A stretch of 64,000 bases of DNA from an uncultured Candidatus Saccharibacteria bacterium (GTDB lineage: Bacteria; Patescibacteriota; Minisyncoccia; Phycocordibacterales; PALSA-1337), in contig CAZBVQ010000001.1 of the NCBI GenBank assembly GCA_964495685.1, forward strand, positions 169,521-233,520. The letters are read 5' to 3'. The translations under genes were made by a program, and so were the position numbers. Below, piece by piece: positions 47,480 through 57,089 of this stretch (positions are counted from its first letter, which is position 1; every line of letters begins with the position of its first letter). Below the pieces are notes generated by a model. The model was not told the DNA's origin. It saw nothing but the letters and a program-made list of their open reading frames with translations, and ran no database searches.

Positions 47480-48412
47480 ATGAGATCCCGCCCCTCTTTT
47501 ATCGGCATCTGGACCGCCAGTGTTCTGGCGGTTTCAGCTATGCTGATCGGCGGGATACACTACGCACAAGCTGGTACTGGTCTCACGATACAGCCGATCA
47601 AGGTATCTCAAACTATGAAGCCAGGCGATCAGACTTCTGGCACGATTCGACTTTCCAATGCGAGTGATGAAGATGTTGTGGTCGAACTTTCGGTCCAGGA
47701 TTTCATTCCTGTTGCTGGTGCCGAAACATTCCAATTCGTTAGTCGTGCTCCAGGTGTGACGACTGTCCGTGACTGGATTACTTTTAATGATAAGAAGAAT
47801 TCATTCACATTCAAGCGGGGTGAGATCAAAGAAATTCCCTATGAAATAAAAGCACCACTCAATGCTGAGCCGGGCAGTCATTTCGGTGTACTTTTTTTCA
47901 AGGCAATAAAAGAGTCAGAAGCTCATTCCCAACTGAGGATTGGTACCCAGGTCGGCGTACTCGTTTTCGTTACCATTCCTGGTAAATTTGAGCAGAAGGG
48001 AACTATCAAGGGATTCGAAACCAAATCATTCTACCAAACCGCCCCCGTTTCTTTTGTGATGGAATTCGAAAATCAAGGGACGGTTCATTTCGAGCCAAAG
48101 GGTACCATTGATATCACCAACATGTTCGGGTCCAAGGTGGGATCTGTCCCTATAGAAGGCTATGCTGTTTTGCCGACGGGCGTCAAAAAGATGTCCTTCA
48201 GCTGGAATGTTGCTGGATTTCTGCTCGGCAAATACAGTGCCACGGCATCAGTGTATGATGTTGATGGCAATCTACTCTCGAAGGCATCTGCATCGTTTTG
48301 GGTCGTCCCTGTCTGGTACATAGTATCCTTCATTGTCATACTCCTTGTTCTATTCTTCGTCATTAGGTTTATCAAGAAACGTCTGAAATTCAGTATTAGT
48401 CTCAAGAAATAA
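47480..48412 (+). CDS. WxL-interacting (DUF916/DUF3324-like) chaperone-type protein with C-terminal TM
   Basis: GLTIQP...KPG...IRLSN...P.NAEPGSHFGVLFF...FENQGTVH..PKG.I.I.NMFG; C-terminal TM followed by a basic tail. Confidence 0.7.
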   Translation: MRSRPSFIGIWTASVLAVSAMLIGGIHYAQAGTGLTIQPIKVSQTMKPGDQTSGTIRLSNASDEDVVVELSVQDFIPVAGAETFQFVSRAPGVTTVRDWITFNDKKNSFTFKRGEIKEIPYEIKAPLNAEPGSHFGVLFFKAIKESEAHSQLRIGTQVGVLVFVTIPGKFEQKGTIKGFETKSFYQTAPVSFVMEFENQGTVHFEPKGTIDITNMFGSKVGSVPIEGYAVLPTGVKKMSFSWNVAGFLLGKYSATASVYDVDGNLLSKASASFWVVPVWYIVSFIVILLVLFFVIRFIKKRLKFSISLKK

Positions 48413-48426
48413 ACCTTGCACCATGA

Positions 48427-49935
48427 ATGAAAAAACTGGCCATCCTCATTGTTATAGGCGCCGTTCTCATTCCGCTCGGTCTCTACGCCAATAGTTTTAA
48501 CCTTACGGTCAGAATCTGTCAGGGGATAGATTGTGGCGACGAAACTCAGCCGTCTACGCCGACCAGCTTGTCAGTAACTGCGGTGACCGATTCGCAGGTC
48601 AATCTGGCATGGGATGCCTCGATTGATCCTGGTTCACCAGCATCGGGCATCATGTGGTATGCCGTATATCGCAATGGCAGTGTATCTCCTGTGGGTACAA
48701 CGACCGGCACCTCATATTCAGATACTGGACTGACCGAGGCGACTTCGTATACGTATACAGTGAGCGCACTCGACAATGCGTACAACGAGAGTGCGCAGAG
48801 TTCAAGTGTCTCGACAACTACACTCCTCACGCACCCTGAGATACCCAATCCTTCCAATGGTTCGCCGACGTCGCAACTTGCGGCAGGCACCACACAGACC
48901 ACGATGTCGCTCGACACGGATATAGCTGCCACGTGTCGATATGGCACTACTGCTGATACGGCATATGCGAGTCTACCCGATACGTTTTCTACTACGGGCG
49001 GAACATCGCATTCGACTGTTATTACTGGCCTTTCAAACGGGACCAATCGTACATTCTATGTGCGATGTCAGAGCTCGTATGGGGTACCGATGACGACTGA
49101 TTATATTATTTCGTTCTCCATCGCTTCGTCGGCAGGATCAAATGGCGGAGGGGGCGGCGGAGGTGGAGGGGGAGGCGGTGGTGCTGCAGGAGCCACGACC
49201 CCGATCAATCCGGTGAATGTGATCGTTCGCGGGGTGGCGTATCCGGGCAGTCACGTCAATCTCCTCAAAGATGGTCAACTTGCAGCTAGTACTCAGGCGG
49301 GACCTGACGCACGTTTCGAGATACAACTCTCTGGGGTGAGTAATGGCACGTATACATTCAGTGTGTGGGCGTCTGACAAGAATGGGGTACGATCGACGTT
49401 GTTCCCTTTCACTGTCACCCTTACATCAGGTGCAACGACGGTCATTAGTGGAGTCTTCATCGCACCGACAGTGAGTGTTGATTATGACACGATCAAGCGA
49501 GGTGACCCGCTTCACGTCATCGGTCAATCAGCGCCCAAGGCGACTGTTTCGGTCATATTCCATTCGGATACCGAAATTATTGAAGATGTGGCTACAGATC
49601 TCGATGGTATATGGACGTATGCCCTAGACACACTTCGCCTGGAGTATGGTGACCATACAGCTCAAGCTCGCTCAAAAAAAGAAAAAGATCTAAGTACACT
49701 CTCGAAAGCTATTACATTCAAAGTCGGTACACAGAGTATTGCCGCCAAGAAAGCACTAGGGTCGTTGAAGGGGGATCTCAATGGAGATGGCCGTGTCGAT
49801 CTAGCCGACTTCAGTATCATGTTGTATTGGTACAAGAGGACGCTCACGGCAAAAGCACCAACAGTCGATATGAATAATGACGGCAAAGTCGATTTGGTCG
49901 ATTTTAGTATCTTCGCGTTCAATTGGACAGGATAA
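48427..49935 (+). CDS. Secreted FN3/Ig-like protein with Gly linker and C-terminal dockerin-like domain
   Basis: FN3 (PSTPTSL..VNLAW..YAVYRNG..YSDTGL...YTYTVSALD), G13 linker, tandem DLNGDGRVDLADFS / DMNNDGKVDLVDFS. Confidence 0.8.
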   Translation: MKKLAILIVIGAVLIPLGLYANSFNLTVRICQGIDCGDETQPSTPTSLSVTAVTDSQVNLAWDASIDPGSPASGIMWYAVYRNGSVSPVGTTTGTSYSDTGLTEATSYTYTVSALDNAYNESAQSSSVSTTTLLTHPEIPNPSNGSPTSQLAAGTTQTTMSLDTDIAATCRYGTTADTAYASLPDTFSTTGGTSHSTVITGLSNGTNRTFYVRCQSSYGVPMTTDYIISFSIASSAGSNGGGGGGGGGGGGGAAGATTPINPVNVIVRGVAYPGSHVNLLKDGQLAASTQAGPDARFEIQLSGVSNGTYTFSVWASDKNGVRSTLFPFTVTLTSGATTVISGVFIAPTVSVDYDTIKRGDPLHVIGQSAPKATVSVIFHSDTEIIEDVATDLDGIWTYALDTLRLEYGDHTAQARSKKEKDLSTLSKAITFKVGTQSIAAKKALGSLKGDLNGDGRVDLADFSIMLYWYKRTLTAKAPTVDMNNDGKVDLVDFSIFAFNWTG

Positions 49936-50858
49936 TGCCTATGATATTTTCCCGAAAAAGCATACGTATATGTACTCGAGCACTTTCCATCATTGTGGTG
50001 GCATTCCTGCCGCACGTCTTGCATGCGGCGAGTATTCAGTTCGACGGGTCGAGTCATACTGTCGGGACCAATTCACCATTCTTAGTACACCTGACTATTG
50101 ATTCCGATACGCCTGTCAATGCCATACGAGTTGTCATCGACATTCCTGAATATACCGATGTGGTCGACGTCTCAGACGGTAATTCTGTCATCAATATGTG
50201 GATAGAACGTCCGCATCTTATATCGCCGAGGCAGCTCGTATTCGCTGGTATTGTTCCGGGAGGATTCAAGGGCATTCGCGGTACACTGATCACCTTCGCG
50301 GCAAAGTCCTTCAAGGAGGGCAAGGGAAGTTTCATCGTCAATGCCTCGTCTCGGGTGTATGCCAATGATGAACATGCTACGCCGCAGACGATTACGTCTC
50401 GACCACTCGATCTCGCTTTCGTGAATGGTCGCGACAATGTAATAACAATTACCCCAGATCGCGCACCTCCCGAACCATTCAAGCCTATCCTGGTCAAGAT
50501 GCCAGATGGGGATGTGGGGAGTTGGGCGGTATCATTCGAGACGCAAGACAAAGACTCAGGGATTGCCTCGTATTCAGTAGTCGAGTCGGTCTCTAGGCAT
50601 GCCATCGATGCCACTGACACCATGCTGCGATTACCGTGGCGCGAAGTCGAAAGTCCGTACATTCTGGCTGATCAGCAGCTGCAATCATACGTCTATATCA
50701 AAGCGACTGACGTGATGGGTAACAGTCGTTTCGGATACATCGCACCCATCCACGGTCTTTCATGGTATCGAACGCCTGGAGGGTATATACTTATAGCGTT
50801 ACTCATTTTCACTGCGCTCTATGTCATCGCTCGTCGCCTACATGTGGTCACGCGTTAG
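49935..50858 (+). CDS. Cohesin-like domain protein with C-terminal TM
   Basis: F.V.L.ID...VNAI.V.I.......V.DGNSVINMWIE.P....L.FAGIVPGGF.G..G.L.TF pattern; overlaps the upstream stop (TAATG). Confidence 0.7.
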   Translation: MPMIFSRKSIRICTRALSIIVVAFLPHVLHAASIQFDGSSHTVGTNSPFLVHLTIDSDTPVNAIRVVIDIPEYTDVVDVSDGNSVINMWIERPHLISPRQLVFAGIVPGGFKGIRGTLITFAAKSFKEGKGSFIVNASSRVYANDEHATPQTITSRPLDLAFVNGRDNVITITPDRAPPEPFKPILVKMPDGDVGSWAVSFETQDKDSGIASYSVVESVSRHAIDATDTMLRLPWREVESPYILADQQLQSYVYIKATDVMGNSRFGYIAPIHGLSWYRTPGGYILIALLIFTALYVIARRLHVVTR

Positions 50859-52263
50859 ACGCTCTCGCTGGGCGTCGGTTGTAATGGTTGTGGCCATTTT
50901 TCTTGTATATAGCCATGCGGTATCGGCTGCCACACTATCAGTCGTGCCACTAGGTGGATCGACCTACAGTGTCGGGCAACTTTTTTCTGTTGCCGTCATG
51001 GCGGGCGCCTCTGACGCTAGCCCGCTCAATGCGGTCTCTGGTGTATTGTCATACCCGACCAACGTGCTCCAAGTAGTATCGGTCGACAAGGGTGGCAGTA
51101 TCATCAATTTCTGGATAAGTGAACCAGCATATAGCAACGCCTCGGGTCGCGCACAGTTCGAGGGGGGAGTCTACAATCCTGGATTCGCTGGTGCCCAAGG
51201 TAAGGTGGTCACCTATCTTTTCAAAGTCAAAGCCGCAGGATCTGCCGACATTGGTTTTGCCACGGCGTCTATCCTCGCTAATGATGGACAGGGTACCAAT
51301 ATTCTCGAGCGCACGATTCCAGCGCGTCTTGTACTGACTGCTGGATCGTCTGACGAAACATCAGTGCCTGATTCGGTCGTGCCGATTCCTGGTGTGGCTA
51401 TACGTTCTGGTACACATCCAGATCAGAGCGCCTGGTACAATTCGACGATGGTGGCTCTGGCCTGGGATCTCCCTACGGGTGCGATGGCGGTGCGTACGGG
51501 TCTCGACCAGAGTATTCGTTCGAATCCGACGACGCTCGCCCCATCTCTTATTTCCGAGACGACATTCAATGTCGGTGAGGGCACGTGGTATTTCCATGTA
51601 CAGATCAAGGATGTACAAGGGTGGGGTCCGGTGTCTACGTTCAGGATCAATGTCGATACTACAGCGGTCAACCCTCCGGTTTTCGACAGATTCCCAGCTA
51701 TCCTGACCGAAGGAGAAGTTCTCTTGATATCGGGTATCGCGCCGAAGAATGCGTTGGTCACGCTCACGTTGGGGGACTCGCATGGTGAGAAACAGCAACA
51801 GTCTGCCAAAGCGGGTGATGATGGTAGATTCCAAGCAGTGTGGCAGCGTGAGTTGGGGAGTGATTCATATACCTTGAATGCGGAGGCGGTCAGTAGTAGA
51901 GGGATCAAAAGTTCTCGCAGTCAGGATATGGTCATCACAGTTCAGCCGACAGCGCTCCAGCGTGTAGCTCGTCCGGCACTCAACTACGCGACCATGTTTG
52001 CACTCGTCGCTGGTCTCATATTCCTGTGCGTTCTCTGGACCTGGTATCTGATCCAGCATTTCCGTCATTTCCGCAAGAAAGTACGTGCTGATGTGAAGCG
52101 CGCCAATCAGCTCATTCATGTCGAATTCAAGAAAGTGCTCGATCAAGCACGCGGCAAGCGTCGCCTGACCGCTGAGGAGGAGCGCATGCTCTCAATGATC
52201 CGTGAAGGTATCCATGACATCGAAGAGGAAGTGGAGAAAGATGTCCGCGAGATAGGGCAGTGA
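50821..52263 (+). CDS. Cohesin-like + Ig-like domain protein with C-terminal TM and cytoplasmic coil
   Basis: VGQLFSVAV...LNAVSGVLSYP..LQVVSV...SIINFW..P...FEGG...G.VVTYLFK...ILANDGQGT; SGTHPDQSAWY module. Confidence 0.75.
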   Translation: MSSLVAYMWSRVRRSRWASVVMVVAIFLVYSHAVSAATLSVVPLGGSTYSVGQLFSVAVMAGASDASPLNAVSGVLSYPTNVLQVVSVDKGGSIINFWISEPAYSNASGRAQFEGGVYNPGFAGAQGKVVTYLFKVKAAGSADIGFATASILANDGQGTNILERTIPARLVLTAGSSDETSVPDSVVPIPGVAIRSGTHPDQSAWYNSTMVALAWDLPTGAMAVRTGLDQSIRSNPTTLAPSLISETTFNVGEGTWYFHVQIKDVQGWGPVSTFRINVDTTAVNPPVFDRFPAILTEGEVLLISGIAPKNALVTLTLGDSHGEKQQQSAKAGDDGRFQAVWQRELGSDSYTLNAEAVSSRGIKSSRSQDMVITVQPTALQRVARPALNYATMFALVAGLIFLCVLWTWYLIQHFRHFRKKVRADVKRANQLIHVEFKKVLDQARGKRRLTAEEERMLSMIREGIHDIEEEVEKDVREIGQ

Positions 52264-52386
52264 CGTGGTGAGTTACGCAGAATACTTGTCTCACATATCT
52301 GCACGTGTCGCGACAGTAATTCTCGGACACATTTCTTGACTAGTCCGCAAGTAGACAAAGTGCGGGAGCTTCACTAGAATGCCTGT

Positions 52387-54333
52387 ATGAAACGGAAGGC
52401 TGGGAAGGCCATTGCATCGGTACGGACTGCGACGAAAGGGAAACGCGCATCGTCGAGGCTTTCCGCCCCCGCATCTCGCCCCAAAGTGGGCAAACTCAGT
52501 CACAAATACATATTCGTTATCGGTGGTGTCATGTCTGGCGTCGGTAAGGGCGTAGCTACATCATCTATCGGTACACTCTTGGGCGCCAAGGGATTCAAGG
52601 TCAATCTGGTCAAGGTGGATCCGTACTTGAATGTGGATGCTGGCACCATGAATCCGATCGAGCACGGCGAAGTGTTCGTACTCAATTCAGGCCTAGAAAC
52701 AGATCAAGATATGGGCAACTATGAGCGCTTCCTCAATCGTGATCTGACAGGTGACGACTATATTACGAGTGGCATGGTCTATAAGCACGTGATCGAGAAG
52801 GAGCGTGCGCTCGGCTATGGCGGCAAGTGTGTTGAAGCTGTCCCACATATTCGTGATGAGATCGTCAGACGTTTCGAACATTCCGCCAAAGTAAACAAGT
52901 CAGATGTCTCCATCATCGAGATCGGTGGTACAGTCGGTGACTATCAAAACATCATGTTCATCGAGGCGGCACGCGCCCTCAAGATTCGTCACCCGCACGA
53001 TGTGGCTTTCATCATGGTTTCGTATTTGCCGACACCGGGGACGCTCGGTGAGATGAAGACGCGACCGACACAAAATGCGGTGCACCAGCTGGCTTCATAT
53101 GGTGTCACTACTGATATTGTGATTGCTCGTGCCTCGACACCGCTCGATGAGCGCCGCAAAGAGAAGATAGCAACGGCTTGCAATATTTTGTCGCGCCGTG
53201 TCATTTCGGCGCCTGATATCAAGAGTATCTATGATGTACCGGTCAATTTCGAGGCCGATAAGCTGGCAGATATCATCCTCGAAGTGTTGCATGTCGATCG
53301 GGAGACTACGTCTGCGCTCAGTAAGACACCCATCATTTCTCTTGCTGATTGGAAGAAGATGGCGCGCGGCATCAAGAATCGTGATGGGGCAGAGCTCAAT
53401 ATAGCCATCGTGGGCAAGTATTTCAATACAGGAGATTTCGTCCTGACTGATGCGTATCTATCGGTCTTGGAGGCGGTGAAGTTTTCGGCATACGCAGTCG
53501 GAGTGAAGGCCAATATTTATACGATCAATGCGAGGGATTTCGAGAATGAAAAATCATCCACCTTCGCCAAGGCTACGGCGGACAAGAAAGGCAAAGGGCA
53601 AAAGTCCAAACAGGAGACATTCCCGTATGGCAAATTGGATGACATGGACGGCATCATTGTGCCGGGTGGTTTCGGCGAATCTGGTATCGAAGGCAAGCTC
53701 AATGTCATCCGCTACGCTCGTGAGAATGGTATTCCATACTTCGGTCTCTGCTACGGTATGCAGCTCATGACCATCGAGTATGCCCGCAACGTTCTCGGTC
53801 TCAAGGGTGCACATACTGCCGAGATTGATCCGAAGTCGCCACATCTCATCATCGACATCATGCCTGACCAGAAAAAGAAGATTGCTGAGGGCAATTATGG
53901 TGGTTCGATGCGTCTCGGTCTCTATCCGGCCAAATTACTCAAGGGGTCACTTGCGCAGCGTGCGTATTCATATTTCGGCAACACCAAGCTCGATCGCCCG
54001 ACGACCACCATCAAAGAGCGTCACCGCCATCGCTACGAGGTCAATCCTGCCTATATCGAGCGACTGGAGAAGGCGGGTTTGATATTCTCGGGCAAGTCTC
54101 CCAACGGCACTCTGATGGAGATCGCTGAATTGCCCAATGCGATGCACCCCTTCTTCCTCGGTACACAGTTCCATCCGGAGCTTCTGGCACGACCACTTAT
54201 GCCACATCCTTTGTTCACGGAGTTCATGCGCGCTGCGCGGGATCGCAACAAGCAGATGGATCGTGTGGCGCTGATGCAGATCCAGGAGCCTGTTGAGGGT
54301 GATATGATTCGTAACGTTGAGGATGATTTCTAG
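52387..54333 (+). CDS. pyrG: CTP synthase
   Basis: KYIFVIGGVMSGVGKG, DPYLNVDAGTM, GLCYGMQ, RHRHRYE, TQFHPE; TAGAAT 6 nt before the ATG. Confidence 0.97.
   Translation: MKRKAGKAIASVRTATKGKRASSRLSAPASRPKVGKLSHKYIFVIGGVMSGVGKGVATSSIGTLLGAKGFKVNLVKVDPYLNVDAGTMNPIEHGEVFVLNSGLETDQDMGNYERFLNRDLTGDDYITSGMVYKHVIEKERALGYGGKCVEAVPHIRDEIVRRFEHSAKVNKSDVSIIEIGGTVGDYQNIMFIEAARALKIRHPHDVAFIMVSYLPTPGTLGEMKTRPTQNAVHQLASYGVTTDIVIARASTPLDERRKEKIATACNILSRRVISAPDIKSIYDVPVNFEADKLADIILEVLHVDRETTSALSKTPIISLADWKKMARGIKNRDGAELNIAIVGKYFNTGDFVLTDAYLSVLEAVKFSAYAVGVKANIYTINARDFENEKSSTFAKATADKKGKGQKSKQETFPYGKLDDMDGIIVPGGFGESGIEGKLNVIRYARENGIPYFGLCYGMQLMTIEYARNVLGLKGAHTAEIDPKSPHLIIDIMPDQKKKIAEGNYGGSMRLGLYPAKLLKGSLAQRAYSYFGNTKLDRPTTTIKERHRHRYEVNPAYIERLEKAGLIFSGKSPNGTLMEIAELPNAMHPFFLGTQFHPELLARPLMPHPLFTEFMRAARDRNKQMDRVALMQIQEPVEGDMIRNVEDDF
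53557..53582. repeat. Short palindromic element, family E (in frame in pyrG); other copies at 32574-32601 (gatA), 35184-35213 and 58099-58122
   Basis: stem-TTC-GCCAAGGC-TAC-stem' consensus. Confidence 0.8.
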
Positions 54334-54359
54334 GCCGGGTCTGAACAAATGTATTTTAT

Positions 54360-54974
54360 ATGACTCTCAAAGATATTATTAAATTCAGCACACTACTTAC
54401 AAAGCTTCAGAATACAAAGAGGGTCATTTATGTATGCAATGAAAATCGCCTAGAAAATGACGTTGAACATAGCTATATGCTCGCTATGCTGGCATGGTAT
54501 TTCGTTGAAAGCGACCATTTGGATTTGGATGTTGCCAAGATTATACAGTACGCAATGGTACACGATTTGGTAGAAGTATATGCAGGCGATGTGTATCTCT
54601 ATGAAACCAATCAGACAATACGGAATAACAAACACAAAAAGGAACGTCAGGCCGCAGCACGTATCAGAAGAGAATTCCCGAAGTTTCAACAACTTCATAC
54701 TCTTATTCAGGCGTATGAGGGAAAAGTGGATGCTGAAAGTAAGTTCGTGTACGCCTTAGATAAAGTTCAGCCAGTTATTCAGATTTATCTTGATCGAGGA
54801 CGCACGTGGAACAAAAAGAAAATAACATTGAAAATGCTTATTGATGCAAAAAAAGACAAGGTCGCACTGTCAAAACCAGTTCGGCACGCATTTGATGAAC
54901 TCGTTTCTTTTTTGAAACATAGGGAGAAAAAGTTATTCAAATTTAAATATCATGACCCAAGAACACGAAGTTAA
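54360..54974 (+). CDS. HD-domain phosphohydrolase (YfbR/HDDC2-like)
   Basis: ENDVEHSY, VHDLVEVYAGD, KE..AA, FVYALDK. Confidence 0.85.
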   Translation: MTLKDIIKFSTLLTKLQNTKRVIYVCNENRLENDVEHSYMLAMLAWYFVESDHLDLDVAKIIQYAMVHDLVEVYAGDVYLYETNQTIRNNKHKKERQAAARIRREFPKFQQLHTLIQAYEGKVDAESKFVYALDKVQPVIQIYLDRGRTWNKKKITLKMLIDAKKDKVALSKPVRHAFDELVSFLKHREKKLFKFKYHDPRTRS

Positions 54975-55539
54975 AGTCCTAAATATCGACGTTGCTGACA
55001 TTACACGCAAGCTCAAAAAGATTGGCGCCAAGAAGAAGGGTGACTTCTTTTATCGTTCGTGTTCCTTCGACTATGAAGGATTTCCGCTGGATAAGAAGAT
55101 GTCATGGATACGTCTGCGCGATGAGGGCGACAAGGTCCGTCTCGCGTACAAGCGTCGACTGGGTGTGAAATCCAGTAAGGGTGATGATGCTGGCATGGAG
55201 GAGATTGAGTTTGATGTTGGTCACTATGACAAAGCACGGCATTTCCTACACAAGATCGGCCTTATTCTCAAATTTGGCCAGGAGAAGAAACGTACTCGCT
55301 GGGTCAAAGGGAATATTGAGTTTGATATAGATACGTGTCCACGACTGGCGCCTTATCTGGAAATAGAAGGGAAGACCGAGGCTGCGATGAAGCGGGGCAT
55401 CAAGCTACTGGGCATAGATCCCCAAAATTGTAGGCGTTTTTCGACGACACAGCTTTATGAGATGCAAGGTATTCGCGACAAGGACTACATTTCCATGACT
55501 TTCGATGAGTTTGTGAAGAGAGATGGTAAGCGGAAATAA
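54952..55539 (+). CDS. CYTH (class IV adenylate cyclase / triphosphate tunnel) family protein
   Basis: EHEVK, WIRLR, EEIEF, QEKKR, YLEIEG. Confidence 0.85.
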   Translation: MTQEHEVKVLNIDVADITRKLKKIGAKKKGDFFYRSCSFDYEGFPLDKKMSWIRLRDEGDKVRLAYKRRLGVKSSKGDDAGMEEIEFDVGHYDKARHFLHKIGLILKFGQEKKRTRWVKGNIEFDIDTCPRLAPYLEIEGKTEAAMKRGIKLLGIDPQNCRRFSTTQLYEMQGIRDKDYISMTFDEFVKRDGKRK

Positions 55540-55575
55540 TTCTAGGTCGGGCCTAGAATTTGCTACAATATAGCC

Positions 55576-56454
55576 ATGACTATTGGCATCGGTATCGGTC
55601 TCGCATTTGTCGCCATGCTCTGTTGGGGTTTCGGCGATTTTCTTATTCAGAAGTCCACTAGGAAGCTCGGGGATTGGGAGACACTGTTCATCATTACTGG
55701 GATTGGCGCTGTTCTGCTCCTGCCGTTCGTCTGGCATTCACTCGGTCAACTCTGGCAGGCGGATAGCCACGTCTGGACAGTACTCATCGGTGCGTCACTC
55801 GTCCTATTCGTTGCTGCATTACTCGAATTCGAGGCTCTGCGTCGTGGTAAGCTGGCGGTCGTCGAGCCTATTTGGTCTTTCGAAATACCTGCGGCAGCGG
55901 TACTGGCCTACCTATTCTTGGGAGAACATATCACCTGGTTCCAGATCGTCCTAGCTGTCATGCTCATTGTCTCGCTGGCGTTCGTTTCATTCCGCGGCAA
56001 GAAATTTACACTTAGATTTTTCATCGAGCGTGGCGTCATCATCTCGTTCATCTCCGCGATCGCCATGGGCTGTGCCAACTTCTTCATGGGATGGGGTGGG
56101 CGAGTGGCTGATCCGCTCATGGTCAACTTCTTCACTGACGTGGCGCTGATGCTCATGTGTGGTCTCTATCTAGTCATTCATGGCAAGCTCGGCTCAGTCT
56201 TTTCGGATATTCGCCACGGCTTCGCTACAGTTATACCCATGTCTATTGCCGACAAGGCCGCTTGGGTGGCGTATGTCTTCTCCATGTCGCTTATCCCGAT
56301 CGCGGTAGCTACGGCACTCTCGGAAAGCTATATCATCATCGCGGTACTCCTCGGCTTGTTCGTTAACAAGGAGCGACTTCAGGGACACCAGAAAATAGGG
56401 CTTATTACAGCCATTATAGCGGCCATTGTTCTTGCTTCTACGACATCAGTATAG
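55576..56454 (+). CDS. DMT/EamA family transporter
   Basis: ~10 TMs in two repeats; ALRRGKLAVVEPI, LFLGE, FVNKERL. Confidence 0.85.
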   Translation: MTIGIGIGLAFVAMLCWGFGDFLIQKSTRKLGDWETLFIITGIGAVLLLPFVWHSLGQLWQADSHVWTVLIGASLVLFVAALLEFEALRRGKLAVVEPIWSFEIPAAAVLAYLFLGEHITWFQIVLAVMLIVSLAFVSFRGKKFTLRFFIERGVIISFISAIAMGCANFFMGWGGRVADPLMVNFFTDVALMLMCGLYLVIHGKLGSVFSDIRHGFATVIPMSIADKAAWVAYVFSMSLIPIAVATALSESYIIIAVLLGLFVNKERLQGHQKIGLITAIIAAIVLASTTSV

Positions 56455-56502
56455 CCACTTGTCAAGAGTGAGGAAATAGGGTAGTATAAATGGCCGTGAT
56501 CT

Positions 56503-57006
56503 TTGAATGTCAGTCAACCCTTCGGAGGAACCATAAAGACAATACAATTCGTCGTGGGAGGAGCAGTGTTCGTGATCTGCGAAATTCTGTTCTGGCCCTC
56601 ATTCTATTCAGTTGGATTTCATGAGGTGCTCAGCAAATACGATCTTACCACCGCCTTCTGGATGCTCTTTTCAGCGGAATTGGTGCTGACGTTCCTGTGC
56701 ATCCTTGTGTATGATGCGTTCAAGAGAGACCTGTTCGGCATCGAGCACGCCAAGCAGTACCTCAAGAAGCACCTACACATCAACAACGGCTGGACGGCCC
56801 GCAAAATGCTGTTCACGCTACTGTCGTTCGTCGGACTTTTCTTCCTCGTGTCGGCACCTGGTCTGACGCTGTGCTTCCGCAAGGAAGGGAAACGGGGGAT
56901 TCATCTCGGTGGATTCTTCTTCATCCTCGTGGTGGTCCTAATCAAGACGTATGTGTATTCCCGGATCCACATCCACTTGTCGCCTTTTTACAAGGTTGTA
57001 CATTGA
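56503..57006 (+). CDS. Hypothetical membrane protein
   Basis: 167 aa, ~4 hydrophobic segments, followed by a hairpin and T-run at ~57027-57060; start uncertain. Confidence 0.55.
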   Translation: MNVSQPFGGTIKTIQFVVGGAVFVICEILFWPSFYSVGFHEVLSKYDLTTAFWMLFSAELVLTFLCILVYDAFKRDLFGIEHAKQYLKKHLHINNGWTARKMLFTLLSFVGLFFLVSAPGLTLCFRKEGKRGIHLGGFFFILVVVLIKTYVYSRIHIHLSPFYKVVH

Positions 57007-57089
57007 CCATCTTGTCCTTTCTTCACCCCGCCTCGCGAGTCCTCGCAAGGCGGGCGTTTTGTATGCTATATTTGCTTTGCTTATACCCC

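Noticed and set aside
52266-52375. Possible structured leader or riboswitch upstream of pyrG
   Set aside because: Only weak, interrupted pairing (acttgtct/agacaaagt), and it lies upstream of the -10 box, so it is probably not in the pyrG transcript.
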